Shown here piece by piece: positions 18,437-29,303 of a stretch of DNA of 45,810 bases. The stretch is from NCBI GenBank assembly GCA_000991185.1, contig LBRB01000005.1, forward strand, positions 1-45,810, in the 5' to 3' direction. Origin of the DNA: Berkelbacteria bacterium GW2011_GWA2_35_9 (GTDB lineage Bacteria; Patescibacteriota; UBA1384; GWA2-35-9). The number at the start of each line of letters is the position of its first letter. Position 1 is the stretch's first letter. The translations under genes and the position numbers were made by a program. Below the pieces are notes generated by a model that was not told where the DNA came from, did not search any database, and was given only the letters and a program-made list of their open reading frames with translations.

Positions 18437-19330
18437 TTAATTCTTAACTTTATTTATCACCCTCAACTTAGCACTCCGTGCTCGTGGGTTTTGAGCAATT
18501 TCTTCCGCACTTGGTGTAATTAATTTTTCGCCTAAATATTCAAACTCACCACTTTCAACCAGTTTTCTAAAATAATTTTTAACTAAACGATCTTCAAGCG
18601 AATGAAAAGAAATTATTGCCACAATCCCGCCGGGATTAAGAATGTTTTTTATCGATTTTAGAAAATTTTCTAAATTTTTCAATTCATTGTTAACTTCAAT
18701 TCGCAATGCTTGAAAAACCAATGTGGCTGGATTAATCTTGCCTTTTCGAGTTTGGTAATTTTGTTCCAATATTTTTTTCAACTCAAGCGCCGTTTTGATC
18801 GGTCTGGCTTCAACTATTTTCTTTGCCAAACTGAATGCGCCTCTAATTTCTCCATATTTGGCTAAAATATTTCCCAACTCTTTTTCGGAATAATGGTTGA
18901 CAACGCTTCGAGCAGTCAAATTTTGCGATTCATCAAATCGCATATCCAGTTTTTCTGCATTAAACGAAAAACCTCTTTCAAGATCACCAAACTGAGCAGA
19001 ATTAACACCTAAATCCAACAATATTCCATCTGCGCCTGTTAATTGATAATTTTTTAAAACTAAATACAATTCAGCATAATTTTCTTTTTTTAGATAAATT
19101 TCACATTTAGTTTTATTTTTTTTAATATTTTCCAACGCCAAAGTCAACATTTTTAAATCTTGATCAATCCCAATAATTATGACTTTCTTTTTTTGTCTAT
19201 CAAAAGTTTTTGCCAATTCGATTGTATGCCCCGCTAATCCAACTGTTCCATCTACAAAAACCGACTTATCGGACAGATGTTTGCTAAATATTTGGCTAAT
19301 TTCTTTGGCTAATACTGGCAAGTGTTGCAT
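18437..19330 (-). CDS. rsmH: 16S rRNA m4C1402 methyltransferase
   Basis: HLPVL, DGTVGLAGH, DLGVNS.Q, RGFSF, LDMR, FQALRIEVN, ISFHSLEDR, NPRARSAKLR. Confidence 0.95.
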   Translation of the reverse strand: MQHLPVLAKEISQIFSKHLSDKSVFVDGTVGLAGHTIELAKTFDRQKKKVIIIGIDQDLKMLTLALENIKKNKTKCEIYLKKENYAELYLVLKNYQLTGADGILLDLGVNSAQFGDLERGFSFNAEKLDMRFDESQNLTARSVVNHYSEKELGNILAKYGEIRGAFSLAKKIVEARPIKTALELKKILEQNYQTRKGKINPATLVFQALRIEVNNELKNLENFLKSIKNILNPGGIVAIISFHSLEDRLVKNYFRKLVESGEFEYLGEKLITPSAEEIAQNPRARSAKLRVINKVKN

Positions 19331-19373
19331 ATTACTTTAGTTTATCTTAATTCAGAATGGGTGTAAAATTAAG

Positions 19374-19432
19374 TAAGACATTAGACATTAGATTTAAGAC
19401 ATTAGAATGAATAAAGAATTTAGAATAAAGAT
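19374..19432. repeat. Heptamer array overlapping the DUF2207 start
   Basis: taagaca ttagaca ttagatt taagaca ttagaat gaa taaagaa tttagaa taaagat. Confidence 0.85.
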
Positions 19433-21064
19433 ACCATATATTACAAATTTAATTTTATCTGTATCTTTGATTTTTGCTCTTTTATCTTTTATTTCACCAG
19501 ATATAATCTCGGCACGAGATTTTTCTGGCGAGTGGTATGTGAAAAATCTTGAAAGCGAGATAATCGTTAACAAAGATTCATCTTTGAACATCACCGAAAA
19601 AATCACCGCCGATTGTCCGCAATGTTTTGACAAGCACGGAATTTTTCGAACTCTCGCTACTTACTATATAACCGATAATAATAAAAAAATTAATTTGCCG
19701 ATCAAGCTGGAATCGATTACTGATTTTAAAGGCAAATCACATAAATTTGAAGCCAGCAAAGATCCATTTTCGAAAAATATTACTTGGAAAATAGGCGACG
19801 CTGGCAAAACCGTCAGTGGAGAAAATTATTATCAAATTAAATACAAAGTAAAAAATGCTGTTCGCTCAAATAATGATTTTGACGAACTGTATTGGAATGT
19901 TGTCGGAACTAGTTGGGATATTGAGATTGAAAATTCGCAAACTAAAATAATATTTCCTAACGGCATTGATCAATTAACAACTAAAATTAATCTATATTCC
20001 GGCGCTCTGCTTGAAAAAAGTAATCTTTTTGCCAATTATGAATGGGATAAAAATAGTTTAATAATTAATCAAACCCAAACCCTACCAGCCTACACCGGCA
20101 TCACCGCATCAATTACTTTTCCAAAGAATATTGTTCAGCCCTATACCCCAAGTTGGTGGGAAACAAATCAAAATAATTTTTGGTACTTTTTGCCAATAAT
20201 CGTTTTTATAATCTGTTTTTCTCTCTGGAAAAAATACGGTATTGACCCAAAAATTCGGGCTGGTCGAGTGCCAGAATTTGGACCACCCAACAATTTTAGC
20301 CCTTTATATTTAGGACTAATTCAATCCGGCTGGAGCGTTGACAACCGCTCCATTACCGCTGAAATAATCAAGGACAAAACGAACTAATAAAAGCTTTGTT
20401 TAATAGATTAGAAAACAGGAATTCAGTTATTCTATCAAGCTTAAAAAATAAATTATACCTTGAAGTACCAAAAATTCTTGATGCGGTAAAAAATGATTTA
20501 GCTCAACAAAATTTGCTTAATCAACCAATAAATAGATATATTGCTGTGCCAATTTTGTTATCAATTTTCAGTTTTAGTTTGATTTTTATAGCTATTTTCA
20601 GTTTCGGGTCACTTTTGGGCATGGGAATGTCGATGGTTGCAATGCTTTTTTCAATCTGTTTCGCTATCTTAATGCCAAGACGAACCGAAAAAAGTGAACA
20701 AATGTTGTTTAAAATTCGTGGTTTTAAATACTATATGCAAACTGCCGAAAAGTTTCGTCAAAAATTTAATGAAAAAGAAAATATTTTAGAACGCTTTTTA
20801 CCTTACGCTGTATATTTTGGAATAACTGGTTTGTGGCTTAAAAAAATGAAAGATATTTACGGCGAGCAGTATGTGAATAATTATCTACCGGCGTGGTATG
20901 TTGGGAGTTCGATGAGTAATTTTAATATTGATAATTTTACAACCAGTTTAAACAGCGTTTCTTCGGCAGTGACTAGCGCATCCGCTTCGCCTTCCAGCTC
21001 TGGGTCAGGAGGAGGTGGATTTTCCGGTGGTGGCGGAGGCGGAGGGGGAGGCGGAGGTTGGTAA
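19407..21064 (+). pseudogene. DUF2207 membrane protein split into two ORFs (19407..20387 and 20396..21064) by a frameshifting deletion near 20370
   Basis: N-terminal HGIFR, DELYWNVVG; C-terminal LPYAVYFG and SSGSGGGGFSGGGGGGGGGGGW. The second frame is open from 20372 (GQNELIKALF). Confidence 0.8.
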
Positions 21065-21086
21065 AAATATAATATAAAGGAAAACA

Positions 21087-21968
21087 ATGAAAACATACTT
21101 ATGGATCGTGGTAATTATTTTGGTTTTAGGTTTAGTTGGGGGAGGAGTTTATGTATTTGGATTTCGTAGTAGAAATAGTGATAACAACCCTACGAATTTA
21201 GCTAGTGAACCTTCGAATGGGACAGTGACAAAATTTATCCAAGCAGATTTTATAGATTTGGATAAAATATTTTCCGTTTCTAAATTCCGCTCCGGTAGTG
21301 GACATGACTTTTCCGGCAATGGCGAGACATGCCGGAGTATGAAGCACTACTTTGCACCAAATTGGAGTCAAGCCGGTGAGAATTTACGTCAAGCAAATAA
21401 TGGAATGCCACCAGCACCAAATGGCACAAACGACATTAATATTTATAGTCCTGTGGACGGGACGATAACTGGAATTAAAACTGAGAAATCTCCGATTGGG
21501 GAACAAATTTACATTCAACCCGATTCGCAAAAAGATTATACAATCAGACTTTTTCATGTTTACAAAAACACGGGAATCGAAAAAGGATCTAAGCTTACAG
21601 CCGGACAAAAAATTGGTGTCATAGGTCAGTATTCAACAACTGATATCGCCGTTCAAAAAGGTCGTAACAATTTTATCTCATATTTTGATGTCATGCCGGA
21701 CAGCATTTTTGCCAAATATATCGCCCGTGGGATCAAAAGCAAAAACGAGTTAATTATTTCTAAAGCCGAGCGGGATGCTAATCCCTTGCAATGCAACGGT
21801 GAAAACTTTACCAAAAACTACGACAGCGACCCCAGCTTCGGCAACTATGTATTTTTAAGCGGTTACACCGGCGACACCGCTAGTCCGTCTAGTAATTCAT
21901 CAAATCCGTCCAGCCAAAACCCAGCAGAAACTGGAGGTAACGGTATTTCTCGTGAAGGTGGTGGTTAG
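21087..21968 (+). CDS. Membrane-anchored protein with a degenerate M23-peptidase-like segment
   Basis: N-terminal TM helix; IYSPVDGTI...G..I.I...LFHV...G.KL.AGQ.IG; lacks the terminal HxH motif. Confidence 0.6.
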   Translation: MKTYLWIVVIILVLGLVGGGVYVFGFRSRNSDNNPTNLASEPSNGTVTKFIQADFIDLDKIFSVSKFRSGSGHDFSGNGETCRSMKHYFAPNWSQAGENLRQANNGMPPAPNGTNDINIYSPVDGTITGIKTEKSPIGEQIYIQPDSQKDYTIRLFHVYKNTGIEKGSKLTAGQKIGVIGQYSTTDIAVQKGRNNFISYFDVMPDSIFAKYIARGIKSKNELIISKAERDANPLQCNGENFTKNYDSDPSFGNYVFLSGYTGDTASPSSNSSNPSSQNPAETGGNGISREGGG

Positions 21969-21971
21969 TAA

Positions 21972-22013
21972 ATAAGAATTTAGAATAAAGCGTTAAGGTT
22001 GAAGAATAAAGGA
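21972..22013. repeat. Heptamer array between the 21087 gene and the tRNA promoter
   Basis: ataagaa tttagaa taaagcg ttaaggt tgaagaa taaagga; 21974-21990 is identical to 19414-19430. Confidence 0.7.
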
Positions 22014-22038
22014 TATAATGCTACAATAATTCAATCGT

Positions 22039-22114
22039 GGCGCCATCGTCTAGTGGACTAGGACATGAGATTCTCATTCTTAAAACCGGGGTTCAATTCC
22101 CCGTGGCGCTGCCA
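22039..22114 (+). tRNA. tRNA-Glu(CTC)
   Basis: Acceptor GGCGCCA/TGGCGCT, D-loop AGTGG, anticodon arm TGAGA-TTCTCAT-TCTTA, T arm CGGGG-TTCAATT-CCCCG, encoded CCA; TGCTACAAT upstream. Confidence 0.95.
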
Positions 22115-22116
22115 AA

Positions 22117-22256
22117 TTATTCACCAATAATTTCTATCAGCACTGCTTCGGCGAGGTTTTTTTGTCGTTTTTCTTTCATATCCTCGCTCATTAATTCAAA
22201 ATATAATTTATCTCCGGTTTGAATACTTTTAGGCAAACTAAATTGGATATGATCAT
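22117..22256 (-). pseudogene. Small DUF3006-like gene with an internal deletion/frameshift near 22236
   Basis: MIISNLV in one frame joined to LPKSIQTGDKLYFELMSEDMKEKRQKNLAEAVLIEIIGE* in another. Confidence 0.45.
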
Positions 22257-22270
22257 ATTAAATAATTTAT

Positions 22271-22347
22271 AATCAAATTAAGAATTAAGAAACTTAGATT
22301 ATTAATTTTGGATTAGGTTCTTAATTCTGAGATATTAATTTTGAATT
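22271..22347. repeat. Gene-junction arm/anti-arm heptamer repeat; 22302-22347 is identical to 31951-31996 (46 bp)
   Basis: ttaattttggattaggttcttaattctgagatattaattttgaatt, preceded by the complementary aattaagaattaagaa. Confidence 0.88.
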
Positions 22348-22350
22348 TTA

Positions 22351-24375
22351 TTATATTATCAGCTTTACGATCAACAACGCCACAATGTTCAGAATTTTGA
22401 TCATCGGATTGATAGCTGGACCGGCAGTATCTTTATAAGGATCGCCGACCGTGTCGCCAGTAACTGCCGCTTTGTGCGCTTCACTTCCTTTTCCACCATA
22501 TTTGCCATCTTCAATTAATTTTTTGGCATTATCCCAAGCTGCTCCACCGGTTGTCATCGAAATAGCAATAAATATTCCAGTTACAATCGAACCAACTAAC
22601 ATGCCCCCTAAAGCTTCGGCACCGAGTAAAAATCCGACTAAAATTGGAGCTACCACTGGAATTAATGCTGGAACAATCATCTGCTTCAAAGCCGATTTAG
22701 TCACAATGTCAACTGCTTTCTGATAGTCTGGTTTAGATTCTCCAGTCATAATTCCTGGAATTGCTTTAAACTGTCTTCTCACTTCTTCAACAACTGCCGA
22801 AGCAGCTTTTCCTACCGCTTCCATTGCTTTTGCGCCAAAAAGATAGGGAAGCATTCCACCAATAAATAAGCCAATGATAACTAAATGGTTAGATAAATCA
22901 AAGCTCATTTTTTCACCCAATAAATCAATTTCTGCAGTATAAGACGCAAACAAAACTAAAGCCGCCAACCCAGCAGAAGCGATCGCAAAACCTTTGGTTA
23001 CCGCTTTGGTAGTATTGCCAACCGCATCAAGCGCATCGGTTACATTTCTCGTTTTTTGTGGCAATCCAGCCATCTCGGCTAAACCACCTGCATTGTCAGT
23101 AATTGGACCAAAAGCATCAATCGCTACCACAATTCCAGTTAATGATAACATTGCAAATGCCGCTAAAGCGACACCATACAAATCTGCCCAAAAGTAGGAT
23201 AGAAAGATACCAATCGCAATTAAAATAACTGGCAGAGCAGTTGATTTCATCGAAAGTGCCAAACCGGAAATAATATTTGTTCCGTGCCCGGTCGTTGAAG
23301 CTAATGCAATTGATTTTACTGGACCAAATTCTTTTGAAGTATAATAATCGGTCAAAGCAAAAATTCCAGCTGTCACAAGAATTCCAACTATCATTGGATA
23401 AAATATTTCTAATCTGCCGTATTCAACAATTATTTGTTGATTGCTTAAATAACTGGCAAAAAACCAAAAACCAATCGCTGAAATCAAACCCGCCACAGCT
23501 AATCCCCGGTACATTCCGCTCATAATTTTAGCTTTGCTTTTGACCGTTACGAACCAACTACCAATAATTGAACCAACAACCGCAATTGACCCTAAAAATA
23601 ATGGAATAACAATAACTTCTTCGTTGCCACCAAAAATCAGTCCACCCAAAAGCATTGTTGCCACCGCTGTTACGCCATAAGTTTCAAAAAGATCAGCTGC
23701 CATACCAGCACAATCACCAACATTATCACCAACATTATCGGCGATTGTGGCTGGATTTCGTGGATCGTCTTCCGGGATATTGGCTTCAACTTTACCAACT
23801 AAATCTGCGCCAACATCTGCCGCTTTAGTATAAATTCCTCCACCAAGACGAGCAAAAATTGAAATTAACGATCCGCCTAACCCAAAACCAATCATCGGTG
23901 CTAAATCTCGAGTAAAATAGTAAAATATTGAAACTCCAAAAAGTGCTAACCCAACCACTAACAAACCCGTAACTGAGCCTCCCTTAAAAGCTAATGCAAA
24001 TGCTTGAGGTAAACCTTTTGAAGCAATATGAGCCACTCGCAAATTGGTCCTAACTGAAATAAACATACCAGCAATACCAGCTAGGGCAGATAAAATAGCG
24101 CCAAGTAAAAAACCAATTCCGCTGATTAAACTAATCTGCCACCAAATCAGAGCAAAAACAATCAGTGCTACAATCGCTAAAGTCTGAGTTTGTCTTTTCA
24201 TATACGCATTGGCGCCAACTTGAATTGCTTGAGCAATTTCCTGTAACTTTTGACTACCCCGATCTTTTTTTAAAATCTGCCAACCTAATCCAATCCCATA
24301 TAAAATTGAGATAAGACCGGTAATTATCCCCGAATAAATTGAAAAATCTACAAAATTCATAAACAAGACCTCCAA
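22351..24375 (-). CDS. hppA: Membrane pyrophosphatase, K+-independent H+-pumping type
   Basis: [32 protein letters not shown] (Lys variant), [10 protein letters not shown]. Confidence 0.95.
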   Translation of the reverse strand: MEVLFMNFVDFSIYSGIITGLISILYGIGLGWQILKKDRGSQKLQEIAQAIQVGANAYMKRQTQTLAIVALIVFALIWWQISLISGIGFLLGAILSALAGIAGMFISVRTNLRVAHIASKGLPQAFALAFKGGSVTGLLVVGLALFGVSIFYYFTRDLAPMIGFGLGGSLISIFARLGGGIYTKAADVGADLVGKVEANIPEDDPRNPATIADNVGDNVGDCAGMAADLFETYGVTAVATMLLGGLIFGGNEEVIVIPLFLGSIAVVGSIIGSWFVTVKSKAKIMSGMYRGLAVAGLISAIGFWFFASYLSNQQIIVEYGRLEIFYPMIVGILVTAGIFALTDYYTSKEFGPVKSIALASTTGHGTNIISGLALSMKSTALPVILIAIGIFLSYFWADLYGVALAAFAMLSLTGIVVAIDAFGPITDNAGGLAEMAGLPQKTRNVTDALDAVGNTTKAVTKGFAIASAGLAALVLFASYTAEIDLLGEKMSFDLSNHLVIIGLFIGGMLPYLFGAKAMEAVGKAASAVVEEVRRQFKAIPGIMTGESKPDYQKAVDIVTKSALKQMIVPALIPVVAPILVGFLLGAEALGGMLVGSIVTGIFIAISMTTGGAAWDNAKKLIEDGKYGGKGSEAHKAAVTGDTVGDPYKDTAGPAINPMIKILNIVALLIVKLII

Positions 24376-24448
24376 AAATTTAATATTTTTCTACTCTAAA
24401 TTTAGTACAAAACGAGAGAAAAGTAAAGAGAAGACAAGCAATTAAGAA

Positions 24449-24555
24449 TGTCATCCCCGATCTAGTTGGGGATCCAGTATGATAAATCCTGGATTCCCAA
24501 CGTCGAAGCACTCCGCCTGCCTACCGTCAGGCAGGTTTTCGACTTGAGAATGACA
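24449..24555. mobile_element. MITE/REP-like palindromic element, full copy (107 bp) with nested hairpins
   Basis: TGTCATCCCC...GGGGATCCAG...CTGGATTCCCAA[GTCGAA..CCTGCCT-6-AGGCAGG..TTCGAC]TTGAGAATGACA. Confidence 0.8.
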
Positions 24556-24589
24556 AAAAATAATATTTTAATTATTTGTTTTAGTTTTT

Positions 24590-24646
24590 TCCGCCATAGG
24601 CGGATCAGCCTTTGGCTGAGAGTTCTAAATTTTGAATTTTGCATTC
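24590..24646. repeat. 30-nt GC double hairpin next to a heptamer array
   Basis: TCCGCC-ATA-GGCGGA TCAGCC-TTT-GGCTGA, followed by aattttg aattttg cattc. Confidence 0.8.
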
Positions 24647-24660
24647 ATAAACCGTGAGGT

Positions 24661-25086
24661 TTATGCTCTGTACACCCAGAATTTATTCATAATAAAGTTC
24701 CAAATAGTTGAGAAGAAAGTGGCAATCAATAATGCCATTATTTCATGGTAGCCAATTAGATCATAGAATAGATATAGTCCGCTGGCATTAATAGTTGCGC
24801 CAACGCATTGAACTATGTAAGATTTGATCAATAACTTTGCGCCTCGCAATTCTTTGCGTCGAAACGACCAACGAGAATTCATTTCGTAACTGTAATACGA
24901 TGCAACAAAAAAAGACATCACTTTAGCGACAATATGGTGGATGAAAAAATATCGAGTAAATAGAGCATAACCAAACATATCAATCACAAAAGCGGTAGCG
25001 CCAACAATCGCAAATTTAACAAATTGGCGAACAACTTTTCGCTCTTTTACTTTATTGACTTTTTCTGAGGATAATAATTTTTTCAT
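24661..25086 (-). CDS. GtrA family lipid-linked sugar translocase
   Basis: QFVKFAIVG, N..WSF, WNF.MNKFWVY; 4 TM helices. Confidence 0.88.
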   Translation of the reverse strand: MKKLLSSEKVNKVKERKVVRQFVKFAIVGATAFVIDMFGYALFTRYFFIHHIVAKVMSFFVASYYSYEMNSRWSFRRKELRGAKLLIKSYIVQCVGATINASGLYLFYDLIGYHEIMALLIATFFSTIWNFIMNKFWVYRA

Positions 25087-26950
25087 TGCGTATAACTATT
25101 TTATAATTATCTCCGCCATTTAGATAGCCATTACTAATCGTTTGATACTCGTCGTCAGTTAATGGGTAACGACTTAATTGTGGCACCAAAACAATATATT
25201 CAGCGCCATCAACTCTAGGAAAAAGATAGATAGTATCTCGACCACTCAATATTGGAGCCAGAGTATTTTGAGCTGAAACTGATGCTTGAGCTGGAATAAT
25301 TTTAAGTGGTTCTATAATTTCTCGATCTAAAACTAATTGAGACAATCTAAAATTTTTTAATCCAATAAATGGACTGCGTAAAAATAGAGAAGTCAATAAT
25401 GAAGCCGAAAGTAAATAGACTGCACCAAAAATAATAATTTTTGGTTTTTGGTAACGCTTAAACAAATAATAAATCGATAAAATTGCGGATAAAGCTAGGA
25501 TAGCTGAAAATTGAGCTTGGTAATGAAAATTCCAATTGTACTGCACAAAACGACTCGACAAAAAATTTTCTCCAAACATCGGAAAGGCAATAATTGAAAT
25601 TGGAACCAAAATTAAACCGCCAAAAGAAATTATTATTTTAAGCAGAGTGTACAATTTCAGATCAGGATGAAAAAAAACATAAAATGTATGTAGGGGATTG
25701 GTCAATATTGATTTAGCGATTTGCGGAAATGAACTACCGAAATCTTGATAATTGTTGGCATAAATATAATTACTAGCTGAAGTTTTTGCCCATGGATAAA
25801 AATCTTGCGCATGGGCTGGAATAATAATTTTAGTCGCAAGTAAAAACCAAACTATCGAAATAATAATAGTTGCAATTGCAGTCAGTTTATAGCGTTTAAT
25901 ATTTAAATTAAATCTTAAATCTTTCCCCCAAAAATAGATAAATATTCCCAGCATAAATGCGTGAAGCGGAATGCTCTCTTTCAATCCAATCCACAATATT
26001 AAGAATAAAAAGTATTTCCATATATTATTATTTATCAAAAACCAAAACGCCCAAAGAAATAATGCCGGTGCCATATTTTCAGGGTAAAATCCAAAACTTA
26101 ATGCCATCTGCAAACCTGGATAGAGAACGAAAACCAACATTGCTGTTAGCGACAACCAATAATTTTTTGTCAATTTATTAATCACTAAATAGAGCGGAAT
26201 TATACCAGAAACAGCAATTAAAGCTTGTAAGATTAGTAAAGTGATTGGACTTTTAAATAACCAGTAAAATGGCACTAATAGCATAATCGTCGGGTGAAAA
26301 TGGTCCGCCCAAATATGAGTCACTCCTCGAATTGTGCTGTAGGGCGTAATGAAACGACTGTAATTGTAAAATACTTGATTAAAGAGACCAACATCCGAAG
26401 CCGGCGCATTAAAAGTTGTTAATGGCAAGCAAGAAATTAGCAAAAATATTAAAACACCAATAATTACTACCAGCCACCAAACAATTTTTTTAATTTTTGA
26501 TGATATTTCAATACTTGAAAAATTAATAACGCTCGTTAAATATAACGAACAGGAAAACGCTAAAATTAAAACAACTATTTCTTCACTGCCAATTATTTGT
26601 GAAAAAGAAAAAAACTGACTATCAAGCAAAAATATTAAATTACTTTTTCTAAAAATAAAATAAATAAAAATCAATAAACCAGCTTTTAATATGCGTGTCC
26701 AATTTGGGAAATTCATTGATAATTTTTTATCATTATTAAAATAGGCAATAATATTTACCCCTAGGATAATCGCTAAAACAACTAGAAAAACAATAATCTG
26801 AAAACTTGTTTTAGGGTGTGGATTATTGATTACCCAATCCATAAAATCGCCCTTATTTAAAAGAGCCATCATCCCCAAACTGAAAAAATAACCAAATATT
26901 AAATTGGTTAACCAATATTTTAAACCTAATATTTTTTCCTTATTTAACAT
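25052..26950 (-). CDS. DUF2079 family GT-C-like membrane protein with an N-terminal TM extension
   Basis: DVGLFNQ, ADHFHP, LLILQAL, LKE, FHYQA, SVSAQ. Confidence 0.8.
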   Translation of the reverse strand: MLNKEKILGLKYWLTNLIFGYFFSLGMMALLNKGDFMDWVINNPHPKTSFQIIVFLVVLAIILGVNIIAYFNNDKKLSMNFPNWTRILKAGLLIFIYFIFRKSNLIFLLDSQFFSFSQIIGSEEIVVLILAFSCSLYLTSVINFSSIEISSKIKKIVWWLVVIIGVLIFLLISCLPLTTFNAPASDVGLFNQVFYNYSRFITPYSTIRGVTHIWADHFHPTIMLLVPFYWLFKSPITLLILQALIAVSGIIPLYLVINKLTKNYWLSLTAMLVFVLYPGLQMALSFGFYPENMAPALFLWAFWFLINNNIWKYFLFLILWIGLKESIPLHAFMLGIFIYFWGKDLRFNLNIKRYKLTAIATIIISIVWFLLATKIIIPAHAQDFYPWAKTSASNYIYANNYQDFGSSFPQIAKSILTNPLHTFYVFFHPDLKLYTLLKIIISFGGLILVPISIIAFPMFGENFLSSRFVQYNWNFHYQAQFSAILALSAILSIYYLFKRYQKPKIIIFGAVYLLSASLLTSLFLRSPFIGLKNFRLSQLVLDREIIEPLKIIPAQASVSAQNTLAPILSGRDTIYLFPRVDGAEYIVLVPQLSRYPLTDDEYQTISNGYLNGGDNYKIVIRNEKIIILRKSQ

Positions 26951-27669
26951 TACAAATGCTTAAATCTTTCTAATGCTAAGCGTAAAACTATTTTGGCAGA
27001 TTTTTTCAGTTCACCGCTAATTTTTGATTCGCCAGCTCGGCGATCAAAAAACACAATTGGAAATTCGGCAATTCTGTATTTTTTTCTTTTTGCAAAATAG
27101 ACTGTTTCAACCAACATAGCATAGCCACTCGATTTAATTCCAAAATTAATAATTTCTGCTAATAATTTTCGACTAAATCGTTTAAAACCAGAAGTAACAT
27201 CGTGAGTTTTTATACCCAACATAATTCGGGTCGCTAAATTTGCTCCTCTTGAATTTAATTGCCTTTTCCAATCCCAGCCGACCACACCCCCATCCTTTAT
27301 ATAGCGAGAACCAACCAATAAATCGATCTTTTTATCCCCGTCCAACATATTTTGCAAATATTTTGGCTGGTGCGATAGATCAGCATCCATCGAAATAATA
27401 TAATCATAATTCTTCTCAAGCGCCCACTTAAAACCGGCTTCATACGCTTTACCCAGACCCTCTTTATTCATCCGATGAAGAAGATTGACTCTATTATCTT
27501 TTATTGAAAATTTTTTGACCACATCATAAGTTTTATCCGGACTATTGTCATCCACCACCAAAATATCTAAAACTTTTTCATTTGTATCTGAAATTACCAA
27601 AACCTGCGGAATTATTTCAGCAATATTTTTCCGTTCGTTATAAGTTGGAACAATAACTAAATATTTCAT
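26950..27669 (-). CDS. Polyprenol monophosphomannose synthase-like GT2
   Basis: PTYNE, VDDNSPD, GLGKAY..GF, MDADLSH.P, GSRY, DRRAGESK. Confidence 0.9.
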   Translation of the reverse strand: MKYLVIVPTYNERKNIAEIIPQVLVISDTNEKVLDILVVDDNSPDKTYDVVKKFSIKDNRVNLLHRMNKEGLGKAYEAGFKWALEKNYDYIISMDADLSHQPKYLQNMLDGDKKIDLLVGSRYIKDGGVVGWDWKRQLNSRGANLATRIMLGIKTHDVTSGFKRFSRKLLAEIINFGIKSSGYAMLVETVYFAKRKKYRIAEFPIVFFDRRAGESKISGELKKSAKIVLRLALERFKHL

Positions 27670-29162
27670 TCTATTTGATTATTTTTAAATAAATAAGTTG
27701 AATAACTTTCTTGCTCGTCTTTATAGACTAACTCATAATACCCCCATCCTTCAAGTGTCCCTTTTGTAATTAACTCATCAATTAATGGTTTAATGTTAGC
27801 TAGCTCTTTCGGTGCAAAACTCGAACCATAGCGGGTATCTAGCAAAACATAATTATAAATTCGGTTACTAGGCGCATTACAAAATGGGCATTGCAATAGA
27901 TAAATTGATTTTCGATTAGTCAAATGCGGTACAATATTATTTTGGGTAACAACTGATGCCTTTTTCGGAATTAAATTTATTGCTTGATTTATTCCCGAAT
28001 AATCATTAATCGTTTTCCAGCGAGAGGGGCTTATTCCATCCCAAAAAGTTGTTTTGGCTTTATAAAAATTTATATAACTAGTATAAATCAAAAAAAAGAT
28101 TGACCAAACTATGACTATGATATTTCTATATTTTTTATTAGTTATTAATGCTGATAAACGAGCTATTGTGTAGATTGTCGCTAGAGATAAAATAAACATT
28201 CCAATTACTCCATATTGAGCTGATAGTGTCCATAAAACATCTCGGTCGGAAACAAATTTAGTTAATAGAAATGGGACTGAAAAAATTAAAATATCTGGAC
28301 TAAAAAAAGGCAAGTACCAAAAACTACCGAAATATGTTTTAAATGTATTAACTTTAACGAGATTATTAATGAAAGAATCCCAAATTTTTTGCATAGTACT
28401 AATTGGAAATTTAATAGTATTGTAAATCACGTCTATGTAACTATTACCTAAATAGTGATAGTCAAAATAATTTTGCTTGAAAGAACTAAAGGATAAAACA
28501 GGCATGATTTTATAAATTGCTAAAAATGACATTAACGATAAAATCAATAACTTAAAATTATTTTTAACCTCATCTTTCTTTTGACAACTATTTATCATTA
28601 ATCCTAGTGCCGTAAACCCGATATAAATAGGCATATCTTCTTTAGTTAGCACAGCTAAAAAAGCAAAAGCAATTGACCACCAATATTTTTTTTCTAGCCA
28701 AAAATAGACAAAATAAGCATAGAAAAAAACAGCAATTGTGGCTAAATGAAAATCAAAATCAATTGCCGATCTTATCCCGATGGATGATAAATAGGCAATA
28801 ATAATTACCCAACTAATTAAATTATTATTTAATTTTTTTTTAGAGATCAAATAAAGTGGGTAAGCACTCAAAACAACCAATAACGCTTGAATAATTAATA
28901 ATGTTTCAGCGTGAGGATAAATTAAATAGATCAAGCCAATTGGATAGAGGATTAAGCCAAAATGATCACTCAACAAATTTAATCCTCTAACAGTATTAAA
29001 AATTGATTGGAAATGACTATAAAGCCAAGTTTGTTGATCGTAAATTCCCAAATCCCAAGCATGAGTACTAAAATTCCAATGGTTCAATAAACTATGCAAA
29101 GAAAATAGGACAAAAAAAATAAGGATTACTACCCAAACCAAATAATTCTTAATAAAATTCAT
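27666..29162 (-). CDS. DUF2079 family GT-C-like membrane protein
   Basis: WDLGIYDQ, SDHF, LLIIQAL, FDFH, KED, PHLTNR. Confidence 0.82.
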   Translation of the reverse strand: MNFIKNYLVWVVILIFFVLFSLHSLLNHWNFSTHAWDLGIYDQQTWLYSHFQSIFNTVRGLNLLSDHFGLILYPIGLIYLIYPHAETLLIIQALLVVLSAYPLYLISKKKLNNNLISWVIIIAYLSSIGIRSAIDFDFHLATIAVFFYAYFVYFWLEKKYWWSIAFAFLAVLTKEDMPIYIGFTALGLMINSCQKKDEVKNNFKLLILSLMSFLAIYKIMPVLSFSSFKQNYFDYHYLGNSYIDVIYNTIKFPISTMQKIWDSFINNLVKVNTFKTYFGSFWYLPFFSPDILIFSVPFLLTKFVSDRDVLWTLSAQYGVIGMFILSLATIYTIARLSALITNKKYRNIIVIVWSIFFLIYTSYINFYKAKTTFWDGISPSRWKTINDYSGINQAINLIPKKASVVTQNNIVPHLTNRKSIYLLQCPFCNAPSNRIYNYVLLDTRYGSSFAPKELANIKPLIDELITKGTLEGWGYYELVYKDEQESYSTYLFKNNQIE

Positions 29163-29180
29163 TTTTTCAGCTGATTAATT

Positions 29181-29277
29181 TGTCATCCTCGAGCTGATGT
29201 GAGCTTGTCGAACATCAACATCGGGGATCCAAGATAAAATGCTTAATACTGGATTCCCGATCAAGTCGGGAATGACA
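29181..29277. mobile_element. MITE/REP-like palindromic element, full copy (97 bp)
   Basis: TGTCATCCTCGAG...GGGGATCCA...CTGGATTCCCGATCAAGTCGGGAATGACA. Confidence 0.8.
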
Positions 29278-29303
29278 TTTTGTAATTACGAATAAAATAG
29301 TTT

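Noticed and set aside
20980-21061. GGN-rich repeat and antisense poly-Pro ORF (20881..21096)
   Set aside because: This is the normal Gly-rich C-terminus of DUF2207 proteins; the antisense ORF is a shadow.
22037-22222. 61-aa plus-strand ORF
   Set aside because: It is a translation of tRNA-Glu.
24462-24657. Two short opposing ORFs
   Set aside because: They consist of MITE, hairpin and heptamer sequence; no protein family signal.
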